Assembly: GCF_030144855.1 (NCBI RefSeq) | Contig: NC_082730.1 | Location: forward strand, 15,004,001-15,068,000 | From: Hypanus sabinus | Lineage: Eukaryota | Reading direction: 5' to 3' | Length of the DNA stretch: 64,000 nucleotides | In this document: in pieces, positions 1-12,786 of the stretch | Layout of the letters: every line of letters starts with the position of its first letter | Numbering within the stretch: the first letter of the stretch is position 1 | Position numbers and translations under genes: made by a program | The notes under the pieces: generated by a model | What the model was told of the DNA's origin: nothing | The model's database searches: none | Seen by the model: only the letters and a program-made list of their open reading frames with translations

Positions 1-39
1 AGAACAGCAACTAGTGATCAGTGATCAGGGCCCAATTCC

Positions 40-200
40 AGCCACTGTCTGCAAGTTGTTTGTAAGTTCTCCCAGTGACTGCAGGTGTTTTCTTCGGGTG
101 CCGTGATTTCCTTCAGCATTACAGAGACACACAGGTTAGCTTTGGTAAGTCATAGGCAAGCTGTTCTGGCACTGGAAGCATGGAACAATTGCAGACTGCC
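40..200 (+). mobile_element. V-SINE/HE1-like SINE remnant (repeated in each module, e.g. about 5330, 12335, 20180)
   Basis: gtctgcaagttgtttgtaagttctcccagtgactgcaggtgttttcttcgggtgccgtgatttcc resembles the V-SINE central domain; decayed. Confidence 0.55.
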
Positions 201-419
201 CCCAGCACTTATTTTGTGATGGTCATTGTAAATGATGAATTTCACTGATTGTTCTGATGTACATATAACGAAAAAAGGTTATCTTTAATATTTTATTGTG
301 CAGTAAGTATTGATCACTTTTGGTCCACCATGCTCAGGTACCTATTGGTCTAACAATTGTGCTCTTTTGTTCCTCTAAATACAAAACAGACAAAATTGAA
401 TTTTATTTTCTTTTAGCAG

Positions 420-498
420 GGAGAATTCATTTCTGTGAAAACACTGTGACAGAATCGATGACAACTGCACAAAGAGAAAAAACTACTTCACCTGAAAT
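420..498 (+). CDS. Stalk exon S0 (G)RIHFCENTVTESMTTAQREKTTSPE(I), from a module upstream of the window
   Basis: Acceptor ttttcttttagcag| (phase 1), donor AT|gtaaag (phase 2); Thr/Ser-rich with one Cys; four near-identical copies. Confidence 0.8.
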
Positions 499-1099
499 GT
501 AAAGTATAAGTTCCTCTCTACAGGTGGTTTCAATGTTACTGCTTGAAAATAGAGCCAGTTGGGAGAAAAATATGTTTCTCTTTAACTGGTGTTAAACATA
601 TTTGACAGGATTAACATTGATGAAATGATGTATTGGAAACTGCGTATTCCTGATTTTCTTGCATATGCATCAATCCTGAGATCAAAGATAAATTTCTTTT
701 TCCTAATATTTAAAAATTTAAATAACACAGTTGAAGCTCCTGTTTTTATTCATAAAGTGCTTGTTGTGTGTTAGAACAACTGGCCCATCAGCCTGACACA
801 TCCAAATCAACCAAGATGTTCAAGTAGTTCAGCACATTTAATTTTATTTATTCCATACCCTCCTCTGCCAAGGATTCCCAACCTAGGATCAAGTTGAATC
901 GAGTGAAGACAAGCTTATGGTCATATAACTGTAGAATGCATACCATCAAATGAGACAATGTTTCTCCAAACAAAGGTGTAACACACATAGCACTTAGTAA
1001 CATATGAAAGTAAGGATGAAATCTACAATTGGATTACACATAAATAAACAAACAAAGGTGCATAAATTAAGTATTAAAAGGAACAGGACAGATTAACCA

Positions 1100-1850
1100 G
1101 TGACACTGACTTCATGGACTCCTTAGTTGCACATGGCATAAAAAGTTTGAAAACCCGTGTTCTAAGCCTTTGTTGCTCATGTATCTGTCAAAATGTCTTT
1201 CGAATGTTGTAAATGTATCCCCTTCTATGGATTGTTGTGGCAGATTGTTGCATACACCTGAGACCCTATGTGTATAACATTGCTTCTTAGGTATTTTTCC
1301 CAACTAAACAGAAGCCTGCACCTGCTTGCTTTTCCGTACCCACCCTTTGTAAAAAGACAGTGATCATTCACCTCATCAATGCCCCTCATGATTTTATATA
1401 CCTCTAATAAATGTCCCGTCAATATTCTAAGCTCCAGGGCAAAAATCACTGTCAATCCAACCCTCCATTGTGACTCTAGCACTCCATCTCAGGAATGTCC
1501 TCATGATTTTTCTGCTCCACACTTTCCAGTCTCATGATATCTTTCCAGTAACCTGAAGACCACAACTGCACATGCAATTTGAAAAGTGGTCTCACTAACA
1601 GCTTGTGCAGCCATAACATAACATAATAATCTTGTACAGAGTGCACAAACAAAATAAGTGTTCCAAATGGCTTCTTCATCATCCTGTCTACCTGTTTCAT
1701 CACTTTCCGGAAACAATGTCCCTGGATGACTAGATCACTTTTTTGCAACATTCTCCGTAGCTTCCTCCTACTATTTACTGTACATGTCTTGAACTGTTTT
1801 AAATTGCCAAAATGCAAAACCTCCAATTTGAAAAACCTCACGGTAATCCA
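1100..1850 (-). mobile_element. Decayed CR1-type LINE 3' fragment (copies at about 6400-7150 and 13400-14140)
   Basis: ORF 1476-1841 resembles the CR1 RT C-terminus (EVLHFG...LVRPLFKLHVQLWSSGYWKDIMRLESVEQK). Confidence 0.8.
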
Positions 1851-2369
1851 CTAACTCATCCCACCAAGCCAATGTTATATTCAATTTGTTTGCTCAGCCT
1901 GAACATTTGGGTCGTTATCAAAGGCCTTGCTAAGTCTCAGATAGACAACATCCACTGCCCTGTCCAGATGAATAGTAATGAGCTCAGTCTGTAATGAGCT
2001 CATGTGATTGTCAAACTGCTTGCCCTGGGGCATTCACTGCAGGACTTCTTCTGGGTCTGTTGAAGATGTTCCACGGACCAGATGAGAAAAGAATTTGACA
2101 TGACATTAGCAACAGTGCAACAATCAATGTGGAAACTGGTGTGGGATTTGGGGGAAGTTGACTTTTGTAGGAGATCTGGTTTTAAGCAGAGACAGTGTTT
2201 CTTTTATTAGATGTTCAATGTTGAGTGCAGCGAGATCTGTAGATATTAACTCAGTTTCTCCCCATATACTGATTGGTAAACACAAGTGTTCATACATACA
2301 TAATACATCCATACATACATACATCTTGAATCTGCTTGTGTAAATTTGATTTTACCTGTCCATTTTCAG

Positions 2370-2707
2370 AAGAATTTCTCCATCAGTTTCGAGTGATTTA
2401 TGGGCAGAAGATAAAGTAAGAGGAGTTGTGGGAAGAGCGATCAGAATCGATTGTCACTATGCACCAATGTACCGTTCATTCACAAAGTATTTCTGCCGCA
2501 TAAGGAGTCACCAGTGCACATCGTTAGTGAATACAAATGGGCAAACTGAGCAGACTGGAAGAATGACAATCAGAGATAAGACATCCCAAGGAATATTTAC
2601 TGTTACAATGGAGAATCTTGTCTTTCAAGATGCAGGAGTTTACAGATGTGGAATTGCAACATCTGGCAAGACTCTGGTGTTTGATGTGCAGCTACAAGTA
2701 TCTGACG
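2370..2707 (+). CDS. V-type Ig exon V1, CD300/pIgR-like (alternative acceptor at 2387)
   Basis: LWAEDKVRGVVGRAIRIDCHY...KYFC...QC...GRMTIRD...GIFTVTMENL...DAGVYRCGI...VQLQVSD; the extra C-C' Cys pair is typical of CD300/TREM/pIgR V domains; donor G|gtaggt. Confidence 0.92.
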
Positions 2708-3572
2708 GTAGGTTTCTCATTGATTACCTTTATGTCTCCAGTGAAACGTCTGATGCATATTTGTTCCAGTACGTGCCAGGGAAGCATGAATATCCTGAGG
2801 CTCCTCAGCAGTGCAGACGCTGTGGGGAGTGGGCAAGGGTCGGGGAACCCCACATGTTGTCCATCCACTGAGTGGCCAACAATTTCCACTGGAAGGCTCA
2901 GCACACTTTCCTGCCGTCTTATAGCACGTGGTCCACTTCCCTCAAATCCCTCATTTTCATATCCTCGTCCAAAAGCTTCTTAAATATAGTTATGATATCC
3001 CTTTCTACCAGCTCATCTGACTGTGAGTTCCATGCAGTCAGCACCATCACTGTAAATAAAACTCATCTTGCAAACATTCTTTAAACGTTCCACCTATTGC
3101 CTTCAAACTATGCTCACTATTATTTGATATTTCAACCCTGGGAAAAGATTCTGACCAACTTCCCTACTGTGACTTCTGTAACTTTATAAACCTCAATCAG
3201 GCGTCTCCTCAGCCTACTATAATGCAGCAAAAACAATCCAAGTTTATCAAACTTCTCCCTGTAGCTTCAATCCGGGTAACATTTAGTCATTTATTTATTT
3301 ATCTATCTATCTATCTATTTATTTGTTTGTTTGTTTGTTTGTTTGTTTATGTATCTATTTATTTATTTCATTTATTCTTTGATGAATAATGAGACCTGCT
3401 GTGTTCAGGGATAATGGCAGACAAGGCGGTTCAGTCAGGTACAAGGATGCAGAGAAACAGAGAGGTAGAGGAGCTGCTGAGATTCCAGATATGTGGGTCC
3501 TGGTTGAGATACAGGACTGCTGAAATTTTTAGTGTGTTTGATTTTCGTATGTTTTTTGGTTGTTTTCCACAG

Positions 3573-3893
3573 AACCCGTGTCTGTTCCATTACTTCGATT
3601 TTCACCACTAACAAGAGGCTCAAGTTGTGGGAACTATGTGTCAGTGTTCTGTGAGCCTGTGCATGGATCCCTTCCCATTCAGTACTCATGGTACGAAAAG
3701 ACCCCATCTGGGGATTCAAAGATCTCTGATACCTTTAAACTGGATCTACATTGTCAATCCTTAAAAGACAATAACTATCTGTATTATTGCAATGTCTCAA
3801 ATGCGAATGGAACAAAGTCCAGTGAAATGATCAGAATGTCCACGTCCAACAATGTCAGGAACTGCAGATATGTGATTGAAGTCAACAGAATGG
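3573..3893 (+). CDS. C2-type Ig exon C1 (FCRL/CD22-like fold)
   Basis: EPVSVPLL...VSVFCEPVHGSLPIQYSWYE...LYYCNVSN...SSEMI; acceptor ttttccacag|, donor G|gtaagt; 321 nt, phase 1-1. Confidence 0.92.
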
Positions 3894-5712
3894 GTAAGTA
3901 GTGCAGAGTTTGATTCGTTTTAATGTTCAATGGAATACAACTGAATGACTGATGTGTACTGGATATTGTATTATTGGAACACAATATCCAATACACATGG
4001 CTTAGATGGAAGGGGTTCCTGCTGCTTCGATATGCACCTGTTCCTGGGACTCGCTGCCTTGATTTGTCCCACACCTGTCCTTTACATTCTGGCCCGAAGT
4101 TTAAATCAGTCAGACTATCTCTTCTTCCACCCTCTCATTCTACCATCTGTTTTGGTCTGATGAAGGATGTTCTTGTTATGAAAGGATGCCAGCAAAGGAT
4201 CAGCAGACTGATTTCTGGGATGTCATGAGTGACACAGAACAGAGCACCGGTTGATTAGGTTTTTATTTGCTGGTGTTCAGCAGGCTGAAAGGTGATCTCA
4301 GAGAAACCTGCAATATTTTACCAGGCTGATACAAGTGCAGTTAGGACACTTGCATTACCCAGGAATTCTGGATTGTCAAGAGAATCCCAGCTCCAAGAGG
4401 ATCACAAACTTGTTCTTAGATTTGGAGTCTAGCATGCCTCAATAACCTGTAAATGTATGTTGGCTGGAGTGAGGGCTTTATGCATTGGCTCTTTGTAGGG
4501 TCACCCATGCCTAAATAGGTCAAAGTGCAGAGGCCAGTCTCAGAGTGATCCACCACTCCTCCAGGTTTGGGGGTTTAGCTTAGGACTAATAAACCTGAGT
4601 GGTAAAACAAAATGGTTATGGAAACAGGAATGAAGAATCCTTCTACTTCAGTGATTTATGGTATTGCTCTGTCTCGATTCGGGACGTGCATGACTGTCAG
4701 CAGTGAAGACCAAGAGGAATCTACTGACATGATGAAGGAAGCCCTGAACACCGCCAGAGATAGAGAACCCTCACTGCCGCCCTAAAGGCCTGTGGTGTAA
4801 TGGGCAGTAAGTAAGTAAGCATGGAGGATCAGAAATTATCTGAATGGTGAGACACTTAGGTCAGGGATTAGGAAACATTTCTTCTCCCTGTATTCAAGAA
4901 AGGTAGAGTTATTTTTCTCACAGGTAGACAGATCAAGAGATATGGGAAACAAAAGACTTGCCTTTTCATTGAAAATGTCTCCTGCATTATCCTGTTGGAC
5001 AAAAAGTGTACTTGAACCATTATCTCCCTGAATACTCAAGTACAGCTATGACCACCTCTGCAGAGAGTGTTGGGGCCCTAGAAGGAGATTTCCCGATGCT
5101 GGCTCAGGCCATCTCCCTGGCTGGTCCTTTCACTAATTAGACAGAATTACAGTCTCCTCATTCTAAGAACTTTAACTTCTCCAGATGCATCTCTACAACA
5201 TCAATTTCTGAGTACGGGGAAGAATCTAAGGCGTCAGCAAATGTAATTGGGTGAACTGTAGAACAGCAATAATAAATGTAATTGGGTGTACAGTAGAATC
5301 AACAGTGATCAGGGCCCAATTCCAGCCACTGTCTGCAAGTTGTTTGAAAGTTCTCCCAGTGACTGCAGGTGTTTTCTTCGGGTGCTGTGCTTTCCTCTAG
5401 CATTACAGAGATGCACAGGTTAGCTTTGGTAAGTCATAGGCAAGCTGTTATTGCACTGGAAGCATGGAACACTTGCAGGCCCAGTAAGTGCCCCCCAGCA
5501 CTTATTCTGTGATGGTCATTGTAAATGATGAATTTCACTGAGTGTTCTGATGTACATATAACGAAAAAAAGTTATCTTTAATATTTTATTTTGCAGTAAG
5601 TATTGATCACTTTTGGTCCACCATGCTCAGGTACCTATTGGTCTAACAATTGTGCTCTTTTGTTCCTCTAAATACAAAGCAGACAAAATTGAATTTTATT
5701 TTCTTTTAACAG

Positions 5713-5791
5713 GGAAAATTAATTTCTGTGAAAACACTGTGACAGAATCGATGACAACTGCACCAAGGGAAAAAACTACTTCACCTGAAAT
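5713..5791 (+). CDS. Stalk exon S1
   Basis: ttttaacag|GG AAA ATT AAT TTC TGT GAA ... GAA AT|gtaaag; copy of S0. Confidence 0.8.
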
Positions 5792-8399
5792 GTAAAGTAT
5801 AAGATTCTCTCTGCAGGTGGTTTCAATGTTACTGCTTGAAAATAGAGCCAGTTGGGAGAAAAATATGTTTCTCTTTAACTGGTGTTAAACATATTTGACA
5901 GGATTAACATTGATGAATCATGTATTGAAAATGGAGTATTCCTGATTTTCTTACATATGCATCAAGCCTGAGATCAAAGATAAATTTCTTTTTCCAAATA
6001 TTAAAAAATTTATATATCGAAGTTGAAGCTCATGTTCTGAGTCATAAAGTGCTTGTTGTATGTTAGAACAACTGGCCCATCAGCCTGACTCATCCAAGTC
6101 AACCAAGATGTTCATGTCGTTCAGCACATTTAATTTTATTTATTCCATACCCTCCTCTGCCAGGGATTCACAACCTAGGATCAAGTTGAGTCAAGTGAAG
6201 TCAAGTTTATTGTCATATAACTATAGAATGCATTCCATCAAATGAGACAAAGTTACTCCAAAGAAGGGTGTAACGCACATAGCACATAGTAACATATGAA
6301 AGTAAGGATGAAATCTACAATTGGATTACACATAAATAAACAAACAAAGGTGCATAAATTAAGTATTAAAAGGAACAGGACAGATTAACCAGTGACACTG
6401 ACTTTATCGACTCCTTAGTTGCACATGGCATAAAACGTTTGTAGACCCCTGTTCTAAGCCTTTCCCGCTTATGTATCTGTCAAAATGTCTTTTGAATGTT
6501 GTAAATGTATCCCCTTTAATGGATTTCAATGGCAGATCGTTGCATACACCTGAGACCCTATGTGTATAACATTGCTTCTTAGGTACTTTCCCAGCTAAAC
6601 GGAAGCCTGCACCTGCTTGCTTTACCGTACCCTTCCCTTGTAAAAAGACAGTGATCGTTCACCTTATCAATGCCCCTCATGATTTTATATACCTCTAATA
6701 AATGTCCCGTCAATATTCTAAGCTCCAGGGCAAAAATCACTATCAATCCAACCCTCCATTGTGACTCTAGCCCTCCATCTCAGGAATGTCCTCATGATTG
6801 TTCTGCTCCACACTTTCCAGTCTCATGATATCTTTCCAGTAACCAGAAGACCACAACTGCACATGCTATTTGAAGAGTGGTCTCACTAACAGCTTGTACA
6901 GACATAACATAACATAACAATCTTGTACAGAGTGCCCAAACAAAATAAATGTCCCAAATGGCATCTTCATCATCCTGCCTACCTGTTTCATCACTTTCTG
7001 GTAACAATGTCCCTGGAGGACTAGATCACTTTTTTGCAACATTCTCCATAGCTTCCTCCTACTGTTTACTGTACATGTCTTGCACTGTTTTAACTTGCCA
7101 AAATGCAAAACCTCCAATTTGAAAAACCCCACGGCAATCCACTTACTCATCCCACCAAGCCAATGTTATATTCAATTTGTTTGCTCAGCCTGAACATTTG
7201 GGTTGTTATCAAAGTTAAGTTTCAGATAGACAACATCCACTGCCCTGTCCAGATGAATAGTAATGAGCTCAGTCTGTAATGAACTTATATGATTGTCAAA
7301 CTGCTTGCCCTGGGGCGTTCGCTGCAGGACTTCTTCTGGGTCTGTTGAAGATGTTCCACAGTCCAGATGAGAAAAAAATTTGATAAGACATTAGCAAGAG
7401 CGCCACAATCAATGTGGAAACCGGTGTGGGATTTGTGGGGAGTTGACTTTTGTAGGAGAGCTGGTTTTAAGCAGTCATAGCGTTTCCTTTATTAGATCCT
7501 TCAACTGCGAGTGCAGTGAGATCAGCTTTTCCCCATATCCTAATGGGTACACAGAAGTGTTCATACATACATAATTATACTTTTTCGATCTTTTTAATAA
7601 TTTATATTTTTTATTGATTTTAATGCCTTTCAGTGACTTGGTAAAGCACCCAATCTAACTGAAGACCCAACTTCCACTGACATGCTTTCTTCCTATGGGG
7701 CAGGAATTACTAAACTCTGAAAGCATGAACTACAAACTTCAAGGACAGCTTCTTTCTCACTGTTATAAAACTATCGGATGGTCTCCCAGTATAATAAAAT
7801 GGGCTCTTGATCTTCTAATCTCCCTGGGCTTGCACCTTACAAGAACATCCTTTCATTTTACTTATTTAAAGATTTGGCCCAGAATAGGCCATCCTGGCCC
7901 TTCAAGCCACACTGCCCCTTTATAATCATGTTGACTATCCAAAATCAGATCTTGCCTTTGCAAATTCAGGTAGACCCTGTCTCAGAGAATTGCTTCTGGT
8001 AATTTACCCACCACAGATCTTTTGCTCACCAGCCTGGAATGGGATTGGAGCAGTAATCTGTTGATTCAGAATTTTGGAAACACACTGAGACATCACTGGG
8101 CAGTGATAACGATGACTCCAATCAAATAAAAATCATTACTTGTGAACAGCTCTGAGGACATGATGAGGGACGATGCTGTTCTCTTTCCAGTCAATGTGCA
8201 ATTCAATTACATCAATTGACATTGTTGTAGATTCCTTAGAACACATTATTATTGCTTTCTTTATCATTTGTTTTTTTTTGTTCTGCTTCAGATCTAGAGG
8301 AACAATGATTTTGTTCTCCTTTACAATTGTATACAGGAAATGACATTAAGTAATCTTGAATCTGCTTGTGTAAATTTGATTTTACCTGTCCGTTTTCAG

Positions 8400-8737
8400 A
8401 AGAATTTCTTCCTCAGTTTCGGGTGACTTATGGGCAGAAGATAAAGTAAGAGGAGTTGTGGGAAGAGCGATCAGAATCGATTGTCACTATGCACCAATAT
8501 ACCGTTCACACACAAAGTATTTCTGCCGCATGCAGAGTCACCAGTGCACATCCTTAGTGAATACAAATGGGCAAACTGAGCAGACTGGAAGAATGACAAT
8601 CAGAGATAAGACATCCCAAGGAATATTTACTGTTACAATGGAGAATCTTGTCTTTCAAGATACAGGAGTTTACAGATGTGGAATTGCAACATCTGGCAAG
8701 ACTCTGGTGTTTGATGTGCAGCTACAAGTATATGACG
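8400..8737 (+). CDS. V-type Ig exon V2 (alternative acceptor at 8417)
   Basis: ORF 8458; same motifs and splice sites as V1. Confidence 0.92.
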
Positions 8738-9317
8738 GTAGGTTTCTCATTGATTACCTTTATGTCTCCAGTGAAACGTCTGATGCATATTTGTTCCAGG
8801 AAGTGCCAGGGAAGCATGGATATCCTGAGGCTCCTCAGCAGTGCAGACGCTGTGGGGAGTGGGCAAGGGTCGGGGAACCCCACATGTTGTCCGTCCACTG
8901 AGTGGCCAACAATTTCCACTGGAAAGCTCAGCACATTTTCCTGCCATCTTATAGCACATGGTCCACATCCCTCAAATCCCTCATTTTCATATCCTCGTCC
9001 AAAAGCTTCTTAAATATAGTTATGATATCCCTTTCTACCAGCTCATCTGACTGTGAGTTCCATGCAGTCAGCACCATCACTGTAAATATAACTCATCTTG
9101 CAAACATTCTTTAAACGTTCCACCTATTGCCTTCAAACTATGCTCACTATTATTTGATATTTCAACCCAGGGAAAAGATTCTGACCAACTTCCCTACTGT
9201 AACTTTATAAACCTCCATCAGGCCTCTCCTCAGCCTACTATACTGCCGCAAAATCAATCCAAGTTTATCAAACTTCTCCCTGTAGCTTCAATCCGGGTAA
9301 CATTTACCCATCTATTT

Positions 9318-9400
9318 ATTTATTTATCTATCTATCTATCTATCTATCTACCTACCTATCTATCTATCTATCTATCTATTTATTTATTTATCTTTCTATT
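9318..9400. repeat. (TATT)n/(TCTA)n microsatellite
   Basis: tatttatttatctatctatctatctatc... directly visible; shorter variants at about 3290-3370 and 16325-16355. Confidence 0.9.
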
Positions 9401-10584
9401 TATCTATTTCATTTATTCATTGATTAAGATAAAGCGGGGAATAGATATTTCAAGCACACAGAGCTGTGCCACCCCGTAATCCCCCAAATTAACCCCAGCC
9501 TAAACCTCCGACAATCAGCAATGTCCAATTAACCTACCAACTTCTCGGTCGTTCGACTGTGGAAGGAAACTGGAGAACCTGAAAGAAACCCACACAAACA
9601 TAGGGAGAGCATAGAAACTCCTTACACACAGAAGCAGGAATTAGCATGGGAAAGCCTTGTGCTAACCATTAGACTACAATGCCACCCTTGTGACATTCTG
9701 GTGACATCTTTACCATCACTCTTTACCCTCAACTCCACATCTTTTCTATTGCATTGCAATCAGATTTACAAATTACTGTGTGTCACAAAAGTGCCCTAAC
9801 CAGGGTCTTTTCGAAATACAAAATGCCTTTTCAGCTTTAGTTTCCAGTATGGAAAATGAAGAAGGAGAATGTGCTGAATGCTTTCATTACCATTATATCC
9901 ACGAGGGTGCACTTTCAGTGAGCAATGGACTACAACCCCAAGAACACTCCTCATATCAATTCAAAAGGGATCCAGATATTAAATTCCAGGTGATGTAAAT
10001 CTCCCCAATGCACGAGCAGCATTTGACGCCTCAGGGCCTCTACTTGCAGGAGCTTAGAAGAATGAGCACAGAAAAGCTGCTGGTTGCGGAGAAGATGTTT
10101 CCTAAACTGTGGATCACAAGGACCAGAGGGCACAGACTCAGAAACAAAGAGAGATGAGGAGGAATTTATTTTGACAGAGACTGTTGAATCTGTGGAATTC
10201 ATTGCCGCAGGCAGCTGTAGAGGCCAAATGGTTGGGTATATTGAAAGCAGAACTCGATAGTTTTCTAGGATAACCACCAATGCTGCCTTTGCGAGTCAGG
10301 CTGTTGGATGCCATTCGGACTGTCACCTTGCTGCTGAGAGAGATTGTTACTCTGATTTTCACGCAGATACATACTCAGTGTCATTACTGCTGTCCTGATC
10401 TGGAGACCTGCTGTGTTCAGGGATAATGGCAGACAAGGCAGTTCAGTCAGGTACAAGGATGCAGAGACACAGAGAGGTAGAGGAGCTGCTGAGATTCCAG
10501 ATGTGTGGGTCCTGGTTGAGATACAGAACTGCTGAAATTTTTAGTATGTTTGATTTTCGTATGTTTTTTGGTTGTTTTCCACAG

Positions 10585-10905
10585 AACCCGTGTCTGTTCC
10601 ATTACTTCGATTTTCACCACTAACAAGAGGCTCAAGTTGTGGGAACTATGTGTCAGCGTTCTGTGAGCCTGTGCATGGATCCCTTCCCATTCAGTACTCA
10701 TGGTACGAAAAGACCCCATCTGGGGATTCAAAGATCTCTGATACCAATAAACTGGATCTACATTGTCAATCCTTAAAATACAATAACTATCTGTATTATT
10801 GCAATGTCTCAAATGGGAATGGAACAAAGTCCAGTGAAATGATCAGAATGTCCACCTCCAACAATGTCAGGAACTGCAGATATGTGATTGAAGTCAACAG
10901 AATGG
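10585..10905 (+). CDS. C2-type Ig exon C2
   Basis: ORF 10572; ttttccacag| ... ATG G|gtaagt; 321 nt. Confidence 0.92.
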
Positions 10906-12707
10906 GTAAGTAGTGCAGAGTTTGATTCGTTTTGATGGTCAATGGAGTACAACTGAATGACTGATGTGTACTGGATATTGAATTGTTGGAACACAATATC
11001 CAATACATATGGCTTAGATGGTAAGGGGTTCCTGCTGCTTCGATACGCACCTGTGCCTGGGACTCGCTGCCTTGATTTGGCACATACCTGTCCTTTACAT
11101 TCTGGCCCGAAGTTTAAATCAGTCAGACTATCTCTTCTTCCTCCCTCTCATTCTACCAACTGGTTTGGTCTGATGAAAGATGTTCTTGTTCTGGAAGGAA
11201 GCCAGCAAAGGATCAGTAGACTGATTTCTGGGATGTCATGAGTGACACAGAACAGAGATGCGGTTGATTAGGTTTTTATTTGTTGGTGTTCAGCAGGCTG
11301 AAAGGTGATCTCAGAGAAACCTGCAATATTTTACCAGGCTGATACAAATGCAGTTAGGACACTTCCATTACCAGGGAATTCTGGATAGTCAAGAGAATCC
11401 CAGCTCCAAGAGGATCACAAACTTGTTCTTAGATTTGGAGTCTTGCATGCCTCAATAACCTGTAAATGTATGTTGGCTGGAGTGAGGGCTTTACGCATTG
11501 GCACTTTGTAGGGTCACCCATGCCTAAATAAGTCAAAGTGCAGAGGCCAGACTCAGAGTGATCCACCACTCCTCCAGGTTCGGGGGTTTAGCTCAGGACT
11601 AATAAACCTGTGTGGTAAAACAAAATGGTTATGGAAACAGGGATGTAGAATCCTTTTACTTCAGTGATTTATGGTATTGCTCCATCTCGATTCGGGACGT
11701 GCATGACTGTCAGCAGTGAAGACCAAGAGGAATCTACTGACATGATGAAGGAAGCCCTGAACAACTCCAGAGATGGAAAACCTGCACTGCTGTGCTCAAG
11801 GCCAGTGGTATAATCGGCAGTAAGTAAGTAAGCATGGAGGATTAGAAATTATCTGAATGGTGCGACACTTAAGAAAGGGAATTAGGAAACATTTCTACTC
11901 CCAGAATGCGTTGAATCAGTATTCAAGAAAGTTGGAGTTATTTTTCTCAGAGGTAGACGGATCAAGAGATATGGGAAACAAAAGACTTGCCTTTTCATTG
12001 AAAATGACCCCTGCATTATCCTGTTGGACAAAAAGTGTACTTGAACCATTATCGCCCTGAATACTCAAGTACAGCTATGACCACCTCTGCAGAGAGTGTT
12101 GGGCACCTCGAAGGAGATTTGCCAATGCTGGCTCACGCCATCTCCCTGGCTGGACCCTTCCCTAATTAGACAGAATTACAGTCTCCTTGTTCCAAGACCT
12201 TTAACTTCTCCAGATGCATCTCCACAACATCAGTTTCTCAGTATGGGGAAGAATCTAAGGCATCAGTAAATGTAATTGTTTGCACAGTAGAACAGCAATT
12301 AGTGATCAGTGATCATGGCCCAATTCCAGCCACTGTCTGCAAGTTGTTTGTAAGTTCTCCCAGTGACTGCAGGTGTTTTCTTCGGGTGACGTGATTTCCT
12401 CCAGCATTACAGAGACACACAGGTTAGCTTTGGTAAATCATAGGCAAGCTGTTCTGGCACTGGAAGCATGGAACACTTGCAGGCTGCCCCCAGCACTTAT
12501 TTTGTGATGGTCATTGTAAATGATGAATTTCACAGAGTGTTCTGATGTACATATAACGAAAAAAGGTTATCTTTAATATTTTATTGTGCAGTAAGTATTG
12601 ATCACTTTTGGTCCACCATGCTCAGGTACCTATTGGTCTAACAATTGTGCTCTTTTGTTCCTCTAAATACAAAACAGACAAAATTGAATTTTATTTTCTT
12701 TTAACAG

Positions 12708-12786
12708 GGAAAATTCATTTCTGTGAAAACACTGTGACAGAATCGATGACAACTGCACAAAGAGAAAAAACTACTTCACCTGAAAT
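12708..12786 (+). CDS. Stalk exon S2
   Basis: ttttaacag|GG AAA ATT CAT TTC TGT ... GAA AT|gtaaag. Confidence 0.8.

Noticed and set aside
320-502. 60-aa ORFs MVHHAQ... (four copies) as stand-alone small genes
   Set aside because: They start at non-ATG codons in intron sequence; only the 3' 79 nt is bounded by splice sites (stalk exon).
499-2369. A leader exon inside each repeat unit
   Set aside because: No ATG-hydrophobic-G|gtgag exon resembling 57880-57919 was seen by eye in the S-V introns; a divergent leader cannot be fully excluded.
3285-3370. Short periodic repeats as a CRISPR-like array
   Set aside because: Simple tetranucleotide microsatellites without unique spacers, in eukaryotic DNA.
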